NCBI GenBank assembly: GCA_016185505.1
Contig: JACPNL010000019.1
Span: 2,885-66,884 of the forward strand
Reading direction: 5' to 3'
From: Candidatus Yanofskybacteria bacterium
Lineage (GTDB): Bacteria; Patescibacteriota; Minisyncoccia; 2-02-FULL-40-12; GWA2-44-9
DNA: 64,000 nt
Shown here: positions 19,005 to 28,623 of the stretch, piece after piece
Numbering within the stretch: the first letter of the stretch is position 1
How the letters are laid out: the number at the start of each line of letters is the position of its first letter
Notes under the pieces: model-generated
What the model saw: the letters and a program-made list of their open reading frames with translations, nothing else
Told to the model about the DNA's origin: nothing
Database searches by the model: none
Translations under genes and position numbers: made by a program

Positions 19005-19046
19005 AATATCGAAATTTCGATATGTCGATATTTCGAAATATCTTTT

Positions 19047-19346
19047 GTGGCGACCATTTCTAAATTTGAGGACCTGATTTGCTGGCAAAAAGCCAGAGAG
19101 TTGGCCAATTTTATATTTGATATTACAGATAATGCTCAATTTAGGGACTTTGATCTTAAGCGCCAGATCAGACGTGCGGCAATTTCACCGATGTCTAATA
19201 TCGCGGAAGGTTTTGACAGAGGTACGAGAGGAGAGTTTGTTGATGCCTTGTTTATTGCTAAAGGAGAAGTTGGTGAAGTAAGATGCCAACTTTATATTTC
19301 AAGCGATAGGCGATATATCGAAATGTCTAAATATCGAAATTTCTGA
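19047..19346 (+). CDS. Four-helix-bundle protein (23S rRNA IVP / TIGR02436-like), C-terminally truncated
   Basis: FEDLICWQKA, QIRRAAISPMSNIAEGF and AKGEVGEVRCQL motifs. Flanked by ATATCGAA-type tandem repeats. Confidence 0.88.
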   Translation: MATISKFEDLICWQKARELANFIFDITDNAQFRDFDLKRQIRRAAISPMSNIAEGFDRGTRGEFVDALFIAKGEVGEVRCQLYISSDRRYIEMSKYRNF

Positions 19347-19350
19347 CCTA

Positions 19351-19380
19351 TTGACAAGGTATAGGGCGGTATGCTATACT
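19351..19380 (+). promoter_or_regulatory. Strong sigma70 promoter
   Basis: TTGACA-18-TATACT with a TG extension. Confidence 0.75.
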
Positions 19381-19385
19381 GAAAG

Positions 19386-20165
19386 GGATGCTGGAGGATG
19401 GCTAGTCACGCTTCACGGCTGGCGGCCTGCGAAAGCAAGTCCTCGCAGCAGGTGTTTGAATCGTCGGGCAGATACGGCGTTCGTCAGGGTGGGGGTTCTG
19501 GGGACTCCCGGGGCCTCCACCCGCCCTTTTTCAATCTTGGCCTCGCGAAATTGGTTCATCCTGAGCTTGTCGAAGGGTGGCTCAATTCCGCGAGGCCTGG
19601 AAACATTGAGAAATGGGAGATGTCTCCGGGGTAAAGGTCGAAAGACCCTCCGGAGTAGGTCTGGTTCAAGCCCAGACCCAGTGCCTCGCCGCGTTCTTTC
19701 CGGCACAAGAGGGGTGGAAGTCGGGAAGCAGTACTGTACTACTGTTGCCATCCCGTACCTAGTTGAATCAACCGGGGGAACGATGTGCAGATCGTTCCTC
19801 CTCGCTACCAGGTTTATCAAGTAGTGGTTCAAGATCAGCTTGACAAGTCTGGTAGCGAGGCCGATAAAAAGTCGCTGGATGGCGACTGGCTGGCCAGTAA
19901 CAAATCTGGTCTTCGACGTTCGGGGTTCGTGTTGGAGCCTCGGCCTCGCTCGTTCTTTCAATAAAAACTTGTGTGTGGACGGCTGTGGACGCTTAGCTCA
20001 GCGAGAGAGCGCCGGGGAGGTCTTAGTGACCGAACTGGAGGTTGGAGGTTTGATCCCTCCAGCGTCCATCAACCAAACCAAGCTCCGCTTGAGCAGCACT
20101 GCTCGCGGAGCCAGATACCATTCGGTATCTGACCAGTCCCGCATCGCATGGTGCGGGGTTTTTGT
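19386..20165 (+). ncRNA. Putative structured non-coding transcript containing tRNA-like domains
   Basis: GC-rich, dense with hairpins and with no credible ORF. Bounded by the promoter above and by terminator CCCGCATC-GCAT-GGTGCGGG-GTTTTTGTTTTT. Confidence 0.6.
19987..20068 (+). ncRNA. tRNA-like RNA with an aberrant, extended anticodon arm
   Basis: Acceptor stem GGACGCT/AGCGTCC, D arm TAGCTCAGCGAGAGAGC and T arm GGAGG-TTTGATC-CCTCC. The anticodon loop is replaced by GGTC-TTAGT-GACC. No encoded CCA. Confidence 0.65.
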
Positions 20166-20167
20166 TT

Positions 20168-20377
20168 TTAACGAGAGGTCTGGCCGCGGGTATATGGCAT
20201 CAGCGCCATATACCTTGCGAGTTTGACGGCTTGGGCTATCATTCGCTGATGGGAACTGCAAAGTTTGTTCCTTCGGGATGCGCCGATCTTGAATTGAGAC
20301 GTGACAAATTTCCGCAAAAAGCGGGTATTTTTATAATCAACTCTATTTATGTTGTCCTGACAGAAAATACATTGCAT
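20168..20377 (-). CDS. rpsR: 30S ribosomal protein S18
   Basis: CIFC...VDYKN...HQRMIAQAVKLARYMALMPY; start at ATG 20377. Confidence 0.95.
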   Translation of the reverse strand: MQCIFCQDNINRVDYKNTRFLRKFVTSQFKIGASRRNKLCSSHQRMIAQAVKLARYMALMPYTRGQTSR

Positions 20378-20474
20378 GTTTAGAAACAAGCGACAAGAGA
20401 CAAGATACCAAGTAAGCAAGTAAGAATAATTTACGGTTTCACTACTTGGTCGCATGTCCCTTGTTTCTTGGTTG

Positions 20475-21014
20475 CTAGAACGGGAGGTCTTCTTCTTTTA
20501 TCTTAACCTCATCTTCCTCAATCCCGTACGAAACAGAGGCGCGCTGCGAGCCCTCGCGGTTTCGTTCGGAATCAACACCGCTTGATACCGGGTCGTTGGC
20601 GTCTATTATGGGGATATCGTCGTCCTTGACAGGCGTTGGGCTTACTCGATTTGGTTGAATATCTGACACCGTTGCGTTTGCGTTTCCCATTCTTGGCCCA
20701 AGTTGAAGTCCTTCAGCCACTATTTCGGTTGTGTATCTCTTAATATTATTTTGGTCGGTCCAACTTCTTGTCTGAATTCGCCCCTCTATCATTACTAGTC
20801 CGCCCTTTTTCAGGTATTGATTGACTATCTCGCCCAAGCGCCCCCAAGCAACAACTCTGTGAAATTCAGCCGCTGTTTGTTTTTCTCCATTTTTGTCTGT
20901 CCAGGCCCTATTCGTCGCCATATTCAAAGTCGTGACGGTCTGACCGGTTTGGGTTGAGCGCATTTCCGGGTCTTGGGTTAGGTTGCCTATCAAAAAGATT
21001 TTATTCAGATTCAT
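20475..21014 (-). CDS. ssb: Single-stranded DNA-binding protein
   Basis: NKIFLIGNLTQDPE, IEGRIQTRSW and C-terminal DLPF. Confidence 0.97.
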   Translation of the reverse strand: MNLNKIFLIGNLTQDPEMRSTQTGQTVTTLNMATNRAWTDKNGEKQTAAEFHRVVAWGRLGEIVNQYLKKGGLVMIEGRIQTRSWTDQNNIKRYTTEIVAEGLQLGPRMGNANATVSDIQPNRVSPTPVKDDDIPIIDANDPVSSGVDSERNREGSQRASVSYGIEEDEVKIKEEDLPF

Positions 21015-21117
21015 ACGCTTACGCTAGTACCGCTGAGTTAACGCTGATTTTTACGCTGATTCGACGCTGACTATCAGCGACTTATCGGCGTACCTATCAG
21101 CGACCCATCAGCGGTCT

Positions 21118-21546
21118 TTATAGGTTGCCTATTATGTCTTCAAGTTCCTTATCAAGCTCCTTGCTTTGTTCAGGCGTTGGTTTTTCTGCCGGTTTCTCGG
21201 GCGCAACTCTTGGTTTTTGCGGTTTGAACCTGAATTTAACTTTGCCCGTATCGGCCGGTACTTTGACTGTTAAGTGCCGCAGAATGTCATTGTTAAGCCG
21301 CATCTGCTCGTCAATAATAGCCATTCCTTCCTTGTTGTCAAGATTGAAATGGACATATCCGAAATATGCCTGATTTTTGTGTTTGATGGGGTAGGAGAGA
21401 CGGGTTTTTTCCGGTTCCTTTTTAAATGAAACAACCCCTCCGGCAGAGGTTATGTAACTCTCTATATTTTGCGCCAACTGTCGCGTTTGCGCCTCTTCAA
21501 GATCAGGATTTACGTGGAAGGCAAGTTCGTAAATTACACTCTTCAC
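21118..21546 (-). CDS. rpsF: 30S ribosomal protein S6
   Basis: YELAF..NPDL, RLSYPIK and ILRHL motifs; rpsF-ssb-rpsR order. Confidence 0.93.
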   Translation of the reverse strand: MKSVIYELAFHVNPDLEEAQTRQLAQNIESYITSAGGVVSFKKEPEKTRLSYPIKHKNQAYFGYVHFNLDNKEGMAIIDEQMRLNNDILRHLTVKVPADTGKVKFRFKPQKPRVAPEKPAEKPTPEQSKELDKELEDIIGNL

Positions 21547-21714
21547 TTATGCTTGTGGCTTTAGTCCGACAGATAGGCAATAGAAGTTGCGCTAATGGGT
21601 ATTCTGTCGAGTTCCAAAGCCATTGTTTAATGATGTCGGCATGTTATCAGTTTGGTCTCTGGTTGTCAAATTGTCATTGAGTAACCCAAGGTCACTAAAT
21701 TACGGTTTATTTTA

Positions 21715-22797
21715 TCATATCTTTATCTCAACGACATCCCCCTCTTGGATAATGTGGTCGCGACCCACTGTTTTAAGAAGTCCTTTGCTACGCGTTACGC
21801 TCCACGCGCCACTTTCCAATAAAGTTTTCCAATTTATCACTTCGGCTCTGATGAAGAGTTTTTCAAAATCGGTATGTATGGCGCGGGCGGCTTTTGGTAT
21901 CGGGTCGCCGATATGAGCGGTCCAGGCGCGGGTTTCGTCTTCGCCGGTGGTCAGAAAGGTGACCAAGCCGAGTGTCCTATAGCTTTGTTTTATTAATTTA
22001 TCCAAACCAGATTCTTTGATATTAAAAGTGGTTAGGTATTCTTTTTTCTCATCCTGTGTGGCTTCGGACAGGATTAACTCAAGCGGAGTAGATAAGACCA
22101 CATACTCTCTACCATTGATGGCCTTTAGTAAATTATCATCCGTCTGCCATCCGTCGGCAAGCTGCTTTTCTGAAACATTAAGTATGTAAATTACTTTTTT
22201 AGCGGTAAGCAAGTTTAATTCTTTGGCTAAATCAATCTCTTCTGATTTTATGATACTATGATATATCATAAAATTTGAATTGAGGGTTTCTTTAAACTTT
22301 TTAAGTATTGCCAACTCACTTAATGCCTTTTTGTTTTCTGACTTTGTCTCCTTTTCCGATTTTTCCAATCTCTTAATGACCGTTTCGAGATCAGTCAATA
22401 TTAATTCTGTGTTTATTATATCAATATCTTCAGCTGGATCGATTTTATTATGAATATGAGTGATATTCTTGTCGTCAAAAACCCTTACCACGTGAGCGAT
22501 AGCATCTACTTCCCGGATATTAGCGAGGAATTTATTACCTAAACCTTCGCCTTCCGCCGCGCCTTTCACCAGACCGGCGATGTCAACGAATTCAATGGTC
22601 GTATAAACCTTCTTTTTTGAACCGGACATCAAAGCAAGTGCGTCAACTCTTTCATCGGGTACGGCAACAACGCCGACATTCGGGTCAATGGTAGTGAACG
22701 GATAATTCTGTATATCCACTTGTTTGTTCGTCAGGGCCTTGAAAAGGGTTGATTTACCGACATTGGGAAGGCCGACAATTCCTATAGATAAAGCCAT
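21715..22797 (-). CDS. ychF: Ribosome-binding ATPase YchF
   Basis: [19 protein letters not shown] and [18 protein letters not shown] motifs. Confidence 0.97.
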   Translation of the reverse strand: MALSIGIVGLPNVGKSTLFKALTNKQVDIQNYPFTTIDPNVGVVAVPDERVDALALMSGSKKKVYTTIEFVDIAGLVKGAAEGEGLGNKFLANIREVDAIAHVVRVFDDKNITHIHNKIDPAEDIDIINTELILTDLETVIKRLEKSEKETKSENKKALSELAILKKFKETLNSNFMIYHSIIKSEEIDLAKELNLLTAKKVIYILNVSEKQLADGWQTDDNLLKAINGREYVVLSTPLELILSEATQDEKKEYLTTFNIKESGLDKLIKQSYRTLGLVTFLTTGEDETRAWTAHIGDPIPKAARAIHTDFEKLFIRAEVINWKTLLESGAWSVTRSKGLLKTVGRDHIIQEGDVVEIKI

Positions 22798-22829
22798 AGC
22801 AGGAGTAATTTTATGATATACTTTGAAAT

Positions 22830-24248
22830 ATGTCTAACATATTTCGAGCATACGATGTAAGGGGAGTTTATCCCGACGAACTGAATGAAGAAATTGCGGG
22901 CAAAATTGCCGCTGCTGCGGTTAAATTTTTGAATGCTAAAAAACTGGTAGTAGGGGAGGATGCCAGAATTTCTTCGCCGACGATAAGGGACAAGGTTTTA
23001 AGGGGTATTGTTGCGGCTGGCTGCGATGTTCATTATATCGGCCGATGTACAACTCCGCTTTTTTATTTTTCGGTCAATAACCTTGATGTTGATGGTGGAA
23101 TTATGATTACCGCTTCTCACAATCCACCCGAATATAACGGTCTTAAAATAGTAGGCAAAAAATCAAAGCCGATAAGCGGAGATTCAGGATTAAAAGAAAT
23201 TGAGAAACTGATAGAAATTAAGCCAATAAAGCCCCGTGGGCCACTGGCCTTTACGGGGAAATTAAGCGGACTTCGCAAGTCCATTGGACTTGCGAAGTCG
23301 TTAATCAAAGAAATATCGCTTAACAAAGAATATGTAGATTTTCTGCTCAGCGAATCAAAGGATATTCCCGATAATGGCAAAGATCTCAAAATAGTGATAG
23401 ATGCGTCCAATGGCATGACACCGCTTGTGCTGAATGAACTTTTGCCAAGAACAAAACTCAATGTTTCGCCTTTGTACTTTCAAATAGACGGTACGTTTCC
23501 CAATCATTTGTCCGATACTTCCCGTGAAGAGAACTTGAAAGACCTGAAAGACAAAGTTATTGCCGAAAAAACAGATGTCGGTATCGCCTTTGACGGAGAC
23601 GGTGACCGGATGGCTGTAGTGGATGAAAAAGGAAATATTGTAAGGGCGGATATAGTCGCCGGCCTGATATACAAACATTTTTATGACGGCGATAGGGTTG
23701 TATATGACTCTAGGTTTTCAAGAGCGGTCAGAGATATTTTTGGAGCCAGCGGTATAGCAACAAGGACTGGCCATTCTTTTGGCAAAACAGCAATGAAACA
23801 GAATGATGCCGCTTTCGGCGGAGAGCTTTCCGGCCACTTCTTTTTTAAGGAAATGCTTTACGCCGATGCGGCGATATTGGCGATGCTTCGGCTTGTGGAA
23901 ATGTTGGCAACAGAGAACAAGCCATTATCCCAACTAGTTGCTCCTCTGCTTATCTATGCCAATTCGGGGGAGATAAATATACCACTACCAATTACGAATC
24001 AGTACGAATATACAAATCTACAAATAAAAATTTTAGAAATGTTAAAAAATAAATATCGAGACGGTAAACAGAGTTTTTTGGACGGGATTACGGTAGAGTA
24101 CTGGGACCCCGACGCTCCGGTCGGGACAGGCTGGTGGTTCAATGTGAGATTCTCCAACACAGAACCGATAGTGAGAGTCGTTGTTGAAGCAGATACACAA
24201 GAATTAATGGAAGAAAAAGTTAAAGAAATAACTCAACTTTTACAGTAG
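22830..24248 (+). CDS. Phosphomannomutase/phosphoglucomutase
   Basis: IFRAYDVRG, TASHNP, FDGDGDR, GELSGH and RFSNTEP motifs. Confidence 0.95.
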   Translation: MSNIFRAYDVRGVYPDELNEEIAGKIAAAAVKFLNAKKLVVGEDARISSPTIRDKVLRGIVAAGCDVHYIGRCTTPLFYFSVNNLDVDGGIMITASHNPPEYNGLKIVGKKSKPISGDSGLKEIEKLIEIKPIKPRGPLAFTGKLSGLRKSIGLAKSLIKEISLNKEYVDFLLSESKDIPDNGKDLKIVIDASNGMTPLVLNELLPRTKLNVSPLYFQIDGTFPNHLSDTSREENLKDLKDKVIAEKTDVGIAFDGDGDRMAVVDEKGNIVRADIVAGLIYKHFYDGDRVVYDSRFSRAVRDIFGASGIATRTGHSFGKTAMKQNDAAFGGELSGHFFFKEMLYADAAILAMLRLVEMLATENKPLSQLVAPLLIYANSGEINIPLPITNQYEYTNLQIKILEMLKNKYRDGKQSFLDGITVEYWDPDAPVGTGWWFNVRFSNTEPIVRVVVEADTQELMEEKVKEITQLLQ

Positions 24249-25298
24249 CCCCATTTTCTCTTTCACTTCAGTGAGGGTTTTGTCGGCGAGTTGTCGGGCT
24301 TTTTCTTCAGATGACTCAAGTATTTGGATAACTTTCTTTGGGTCATCTTCAAACTCCTTTCTTTTTGCCTGAAACGGTTGGAGGAAATTAACTACGACTT
24401 CGGCCAGGTCATTTTTGAAGTCAACGTAGGATTTGCTTTCGTATTGGTTTTCTATTTCCTTAATACTTAATACTTGCTTCTTAATACTATCTTGGGAAAG
24501 TAGGTGATAGATGGTGAGCAAATTTGAAATTGCCGGCTTTTCTTTCTCGTCGTATTTAACTTCTTTGTCGGAGTCGGTAACGGCTTTCTTTGTTTTTGCT
24601 CGAATAATATCCGGAGTATCAACAAGGAAAATACAACTTTCGTCTCCCGCTTGTCCTGAGCTTGCCGAAGGGGTTTTAGACATCTTCTGTGTCGGATCTT
24701 TGAGCGACATTATGCGGGCACCCTCTGCTAAATGCGGCTTTACTGGCTCAAACACCTCACCAAACATAGAATTGAATTTCTTGGCGATTTCATTGGTTAG
24801 ATCTATGTGGGGTAACTGATCTTCACCGACGGGGACGAGATTTGATTTATAAATCAAAATATCGGCCGCCATTAAAACCGGGTAATCTAACAAGCCCACA
24901 TGATTATATTTAGGCGCTTTGGCTAGCTGTTCCTTATATGTTGGCAGGCGGTCTAACCAACTGACCGGCGTAACCGTATTGAAAAGCCACGCGAGTTCCG
25001 TGTGTTGGGGGACTTTTGACTGGCGGATTAGCAATGCTTTGTCGGGGTCAATTCCCGCGGCGAGATAATCCAAAACCACATCCATTATCTGCTGTTGGTA
25101 TGTCTTGGGATCGTAAGGGGTAGTGATTGCGTGGTAGTCAGCAACCATAAAAATTACCTGTGCGGGCTTTGCTGTGCCCTCCGAAGCTTTATGCGAAGGA
25201 GGGTCCTGCAATTCCATCCAATTCTTTATCGCCCCGAGATAATTGCCAAGATGTAATTTCCCGCTCGGACGGATGCCCGAAAATACTTTTAATTTCAT
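24240..25298 (-). CDS. trpS: Tryptophan--tRNA ligase
   Basis: SGIRPSGKLHLGNY, YPVLMAADIL, VPVGEDQ and KMSK motifs. Confidence 0.97.
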   Translation of the reverse strand: MKLKVFSGIRPSGKLHLGNYLGAIKNWMELQDPPSHKASEGTAKPAQVIFMVADYHAITTPYDPKTYQQQIMDVVLDYLAAGIDPDKALLIRQSKVPQHTELAWLFNTVTPVSWLDRLPTYKEQLAKAPKYNHVGLLDYPVLMAADILIYKSNLVPVGEDQLPHIDLTNEIAKKFNSMFGEVFEPVKPHLAEGARIMSLKDPTQKMSKTPSASSGQAGDESCIFLVDTPDIIRAKTKKAVTDSDKEVKYDEKEKPAISNLLTIYHLLSQDSIKKQVLSIKEIENQYESKSYVDFKNDLAEVVVNFLQPFQAKRKEFEDDPKKVIQILESSEEKARQLADKTLTEVKEKMGLL

Positions 25299-25356
25299 AA
25301 TAAGTATTATATACTAAATTTTAGTTTTTTACAGTTTAATAGCGAGGTAGGGAAAG

Positions 25357-25788
25357 GTGGTAAAAATTCCCAAGATAGTCCAGAAAGAAATCGAGCTTCT
25401 TTTAAGAGGTAAACGAAAAACCAGGAAAGAGCCGATACAAGTTAACCGCGAAGAGTTAGTGAAGAGAGCATTAAAGGTTATTGAACTTATAAATGAAATT
25501 GCTCGGATAGATCTTGTTAAAAAATACTTAGCCCTAATGGACATCAAGATTTTTGGCCATCATCCGTGGAATATTGTTATTACTGGCCTTGGAGCAATTC
25601 CTGGTTGTTATGCCAGATTTGATATAGACAGGTACATGGAACATAAGAGGGATTATGTTGAGATGAAGAATAGAGATTCTTTTCACTTTTGGAGCATAGA
25701 CGAACTCGATCGATTTTCCAGTTTAACCGAGAGACAAATATGGAAAATAATTCTTGAATGGGTTCAAGCTCATCGCGAAAGAATTTAA
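25357..25788 (+). CDS. Hypothetical protein
   Basis: 143-aa ORF with TATACT, a boxA-like GTTTTTTACAGT and an SD-like sequence upstream. Confidence 0.6.
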   Translation: MVKIPKIVQKEIELLLRGKRKTRKEPIQVNREELVKRALKVIELINEIARIDLVKKYLALMDIKIFGHHPWNIVITGLGAIPGCYARFDIDRYMEHKRDYVEMKNRDSFHFWSIDELDRFSSLTERQIWKIILEWVQAHRERI

Positions 25789-25879
25789 CTCTCTATGCAC
25801 ACAGTATACTAGCGGGCAACTAAGCTCGCTTTTGTTTTTTATTATTCGCTACTCCGCCTCACTACCTACCATATTTGCT

Positions 25880-25915
25880 ATTACACAAATTTATCATATG
25901 ATAAATTTGTGTAAT
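25880..25915. repeat. 36-bp perfect palindrome upstream of the PaaX-like gene
   Basis: ATTACACAAATTTATCAT|ATGATAAATTTGTGTAAT. Confidence 0.9.
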
Positions 25916-25925
25916 CAAAAAAGAG

Positions 25926-26500
25926 ATGAAAAGAAAACAAGTTTTTGCAAATAAACTTCTTAAGGTCCTTGTTGTCGGAGGAGAGTAGTTACTATCGCGG
26001 CAGTTAACCCGTTCTTCGGTCTTCTGGCTGCTAAGGTAATTGAAGAGGAGTTGAAAAAGAGAAAGTGGCAAAGATTTAGACGGGACTTATATTACTTAAA
26101 GCGTCGGGGCTTTATTGAAGCTAATCAAAATCTAGACGGTTCCTATTTGGTAAGGGTTACTTCTACCGGAAAGCGGCAGGCCAGGAAATACGAGTTGGAT
26201 GATATTGTCATAAAGAGTCCTAAAAGGTGGGACAAGCAATGGCGGTTAGTAATGTTTGATATTCCAGTTGTCAAACAAAAAGGAAGATTGGCTCTGTTGT
26301 CTAAATTGAAAAATCTTGGATTTATAATGCTTCAGAAAAGTATTTGGACGCATCCTTTTGAATGTCAGAACGAAGTCGCTGTTTTGGCTAGGGCTTTTGA
26401 GGTTGATAAGTACGTTCACCAACTTACTTGTGATAATATTTCAGCAAGAGAATATTTAAAGAATGAGTTTGAAAAAAGAAACAACACAAAATTGAGTTAA
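25926..26500 (+). pseudogene. PaaX-like (wHTH plus Cas2-like fold) protein, frameshifted near 25983
   Basis: WDKQWRLVMFDIP and LKNLGFIMLQKSIW motifs. The N-terminus MKRKQVFANKLLKVLVVGG continues in another frame as VVTIAAVNPFFG. Confidence 0.75.
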
Positions 26501-26538
26501 AGATTAGCATTACCTTTTGTTAATTAAACCAGTTAAGT

Positions 26539-26580
26539 CTTATTACACAAACTAATCATATGATTAGTTTGTGTAATAAG
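26539..26580. repeat. 42-bp perfect palindrome downstream of the PaaX-like gene
   Basis: CTTATTACACAAACTAATCAT|ATGATTAGTTTGTGTAATAAG. Confidence 0.9.
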
Positions 26581-26621
26581 TAGTCAGGTAAAGAGGTAAG
26601 AGGCGATAAGAATATTATTGG

Positions 26622-28541
26622 TTATACCTCTATAACTACCGGTAGTACCATCGGCCTTCTTTGGGTTTTTTGGAACAGGAAGAGGCCTATCTGGTTGCGG
26701 ATCTGGTCTTTCAGATAGGCAAAATCATGCTTGTGGCCCGGCGGTTTATGGTCTTCGATGATGCGTCTTATTCTTTTCCTTATTTCCATTAGCAGTTCCC
26801 GATTCTCTTTCAGATAAATAAATCCACGCGATATGATGTCGGGGCTGGTTTTGACTTTACCCGTGCTTGAATCAATGAGTGTGACTATGGTGACAAACCC
26901 GTCCTCGGACAATATTTGCCTGTCGCGCAAGACGACATTGCCTATATCACCGACTCCGAGACCGTCAACGAACACGTAATCAAACGGTGCTCGTTCTTTG
27001 TCAAACCAGAATTTATCTTTTTCCAAATTTACTATAGTGCCGTTATCGGCGATTATCACATTTTCTTTCGGTATGCCTTCTTCGTTGCCGAGAAAACCGT
27101 GATTGACCATCATTGAGTATTGGCCGTGGATGGGCATTAAGAATTTGGGCCTTATCAATTTTAACATCGTACGCAGGTCTTCTTTGTTCCCGTGTCCGCC
27201 GGCGTGAATATCCATCATTCGGTAATTATATACTCTGACGCCGTTGCGATAGAGCTGGTCTTTAAGGAATTGGACGTTCCTCTCATTGCCCGGTATGACC
27301 GACGAGGAGAAAACGAAAGTGTCATGTTTGCGGGGAAGAATGTATCTGTGCTCGCCGTTAGCGATACGCATAAGTACGGCGTTGCCCTCGCCTTGAGCGC
27401 CGGTGCAGATGACGGTCACTTTTTCTCTCGGATAGTTATCAATCTCGTCCATGCTTATCTGGGTACCCTTTTGCATTTTGAGGTAGCCAAGTTTTTTGGT
27501 TATTTCAACGTTACTTTTCATTGAATAACCGTCGACGACGACTTTTCGGCCAAATTTTTCAGATATCGTGATTGTCTGCTGGATGCGGTTTATCAGAGAA
27601 GCAAATGTGCCGATAATGAGCATTCCGGTTGCTTCAGTGAATATTTGTTCCAGATTTTTGGTTATGTCCTGTTCGGACAAAGAATGGCCCTCATTCTCCG
27701 CGCCGGTAGAATCAGACATCATCAGAAGAACTTCTTTATTGTCGCCCATTCTTTGCATTTCTTCTATCTGGGCCGGTTTGTCATTCACGGGTGTCTCGTC
27801 AAACTTAAAGTCGGATGTGTGAACTATCTTGCCAAGAGGCGTGGTTATGACTATCTGAAGGTCATCAGGGATACTGTGGCTGACGCGCAGAACTTTGACC
27901 GAGAGCTTGTCGCTTATTTTTATCTCGTCCCCGGCTTCTATTTGGATTATGTTAACTGGTTTCCTGCCCTTGTACTCTTCAAGGCGCTTTATGATGAGGG
28001 CTCTTGTCAGGGCGGCGGCGTAGAAGTCGGGGTCGCCGATCTTGTCAAGGACGAAGGGGAGAGCGCCAGTGTGATCCATGTGGCCGTGGGTAAAGAACAT
28101 CGCTTTGATCATATGTTCTTTGCCTCGTAGATATCCGACATTTGGCAAGATAAAATCAATGCCCGGCATTTGCTCGTTTGGGAAACTTATGCCGGCATCT
28201 ATGAGAATTATCTCGTTGTCATATTGGATGGCCGACATATTCCGGCCGACTTCGCCAAGTCCGCCGAGGTGGACTATCTTAAGACCGCCGACCTTTTCTT
28301 TTTCGGCTTCTTCTCCGCCATAAGCGGACCCGCCTCCGACGGGACCTCTTCCTAAGACCTTAACTCTGCGCACAGTGGGTTTCATCCATCGGCGCTTTGC
28401 GTCTCTTTCTTGCCTGCGGGAGCCGTCTCCCGGTTTTCTATAATTTCGACCATGAGTTCCAGAAGCTGTGCCTCTGGAAGGGGTTTCTTTGGCAGAAGCA
28501 AGGATTGCTTCGCCTTGAGAAGTATTATTGTTTTGTTCCAT
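26622..28541 (-). CDS. rnj: Ribonuclease J
   Basis: LGGLGEVGRNM, THGHMDHTG, HSIPD and HAGGHG motifs; C-terminal RRPMVLPV. Confidence 0.96.
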   Translation of the reverse strand: MEQNNNTSQGEAILASAKETPSRGTASGTHGRNYRKPGDGSRRQERDAKRRWMKPTVRRVKVLGRGPVGGGSAYGGEEAEKEKVGGLKIVHLGGLGEVGRNMSAIQYDNEIILIDAGISFPNEQMPGIDFILPNVGYLRGKEHMIKAMFFTHGHMDHTGALPFVLDKIGDPDFYAAALTRALIIKRLEEYKGRKPVNIIQIEAGDEIKISDKLSVKVLRVSHSIPDDLQIVITTPLGKIVHTSDFKFDETPVNDKPAQIEEMQRMGDNKEVLLMMSDSTGAENEGHSLSEQDITKNLEQIFTEATGMLIIGTFASLINRIQQTITISEKFGRKVVVDGYSMKSNVEITKKLGYLKMQKGTQISMDEIDNYPREKVTVICTGAQGEGNAVLMRIANGEHRYILPRKHDTFVFSSSVIPGNERNVQFLKDQLYRNGVRVYNYRMMDIHAGGHGNKEDLRTMLKLIRPKFLMPIHGQYSMMVNHGFLGNEEGIPKENVIIADNGTIVNLEKDKFWFDKERAPFDYVFVDGLGVGDIGNVVLRDRQILSEDGFVTIVTLIDSSTGKVKTSPDIISRGFIYLKENRELLMEIRKRIRRIIEDHKPPGHKHDFAYLKDQIRNQIGLFLFQKTQRRPMVLPVVIEV

Positions 28542-28623
28542 TTTCTATCTACTAATTACGAATGCAAGTACGAATATACGAATTGTAAATTCGATAACTT
28601 TGTATTTAGAGATTTATTTTGAC

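Noticed and set aside
19047..19346. Diversity-generating retroelement
   Set aside because: Only an Avd-like fold is present. There is no reverse transcriptase and no TR/VR pair with adenine-specific differences in the window.
19386..19960. tmRNA, RNase P, SRP or 6S identity for the non-coding unit
   Set aside because: No GGGG...TTCGAC 5' end with a tag ORF, no GAGGAAAGTCC P4 motif and no complete SRP helix-8 motif. Only partial resemblances (CCTCCACC, GGAAGCAG).
19351..20261. ORFs 19351-19824, 19398-19634, 19413-19961, 19840-20226 and 19998-20261
   Set aside because: Arg/Pro/Gly-rich translations with no family motifs. One starts inside the -35 box. They are better explained as by-products of GC-rich structured RNA.
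25926..26580. CRISPR-Cas locus suggested by the Cas2-like motif
   Set aside because: No repeat-spacer array and no other cas genes. The flanking repeats are two palindromes.
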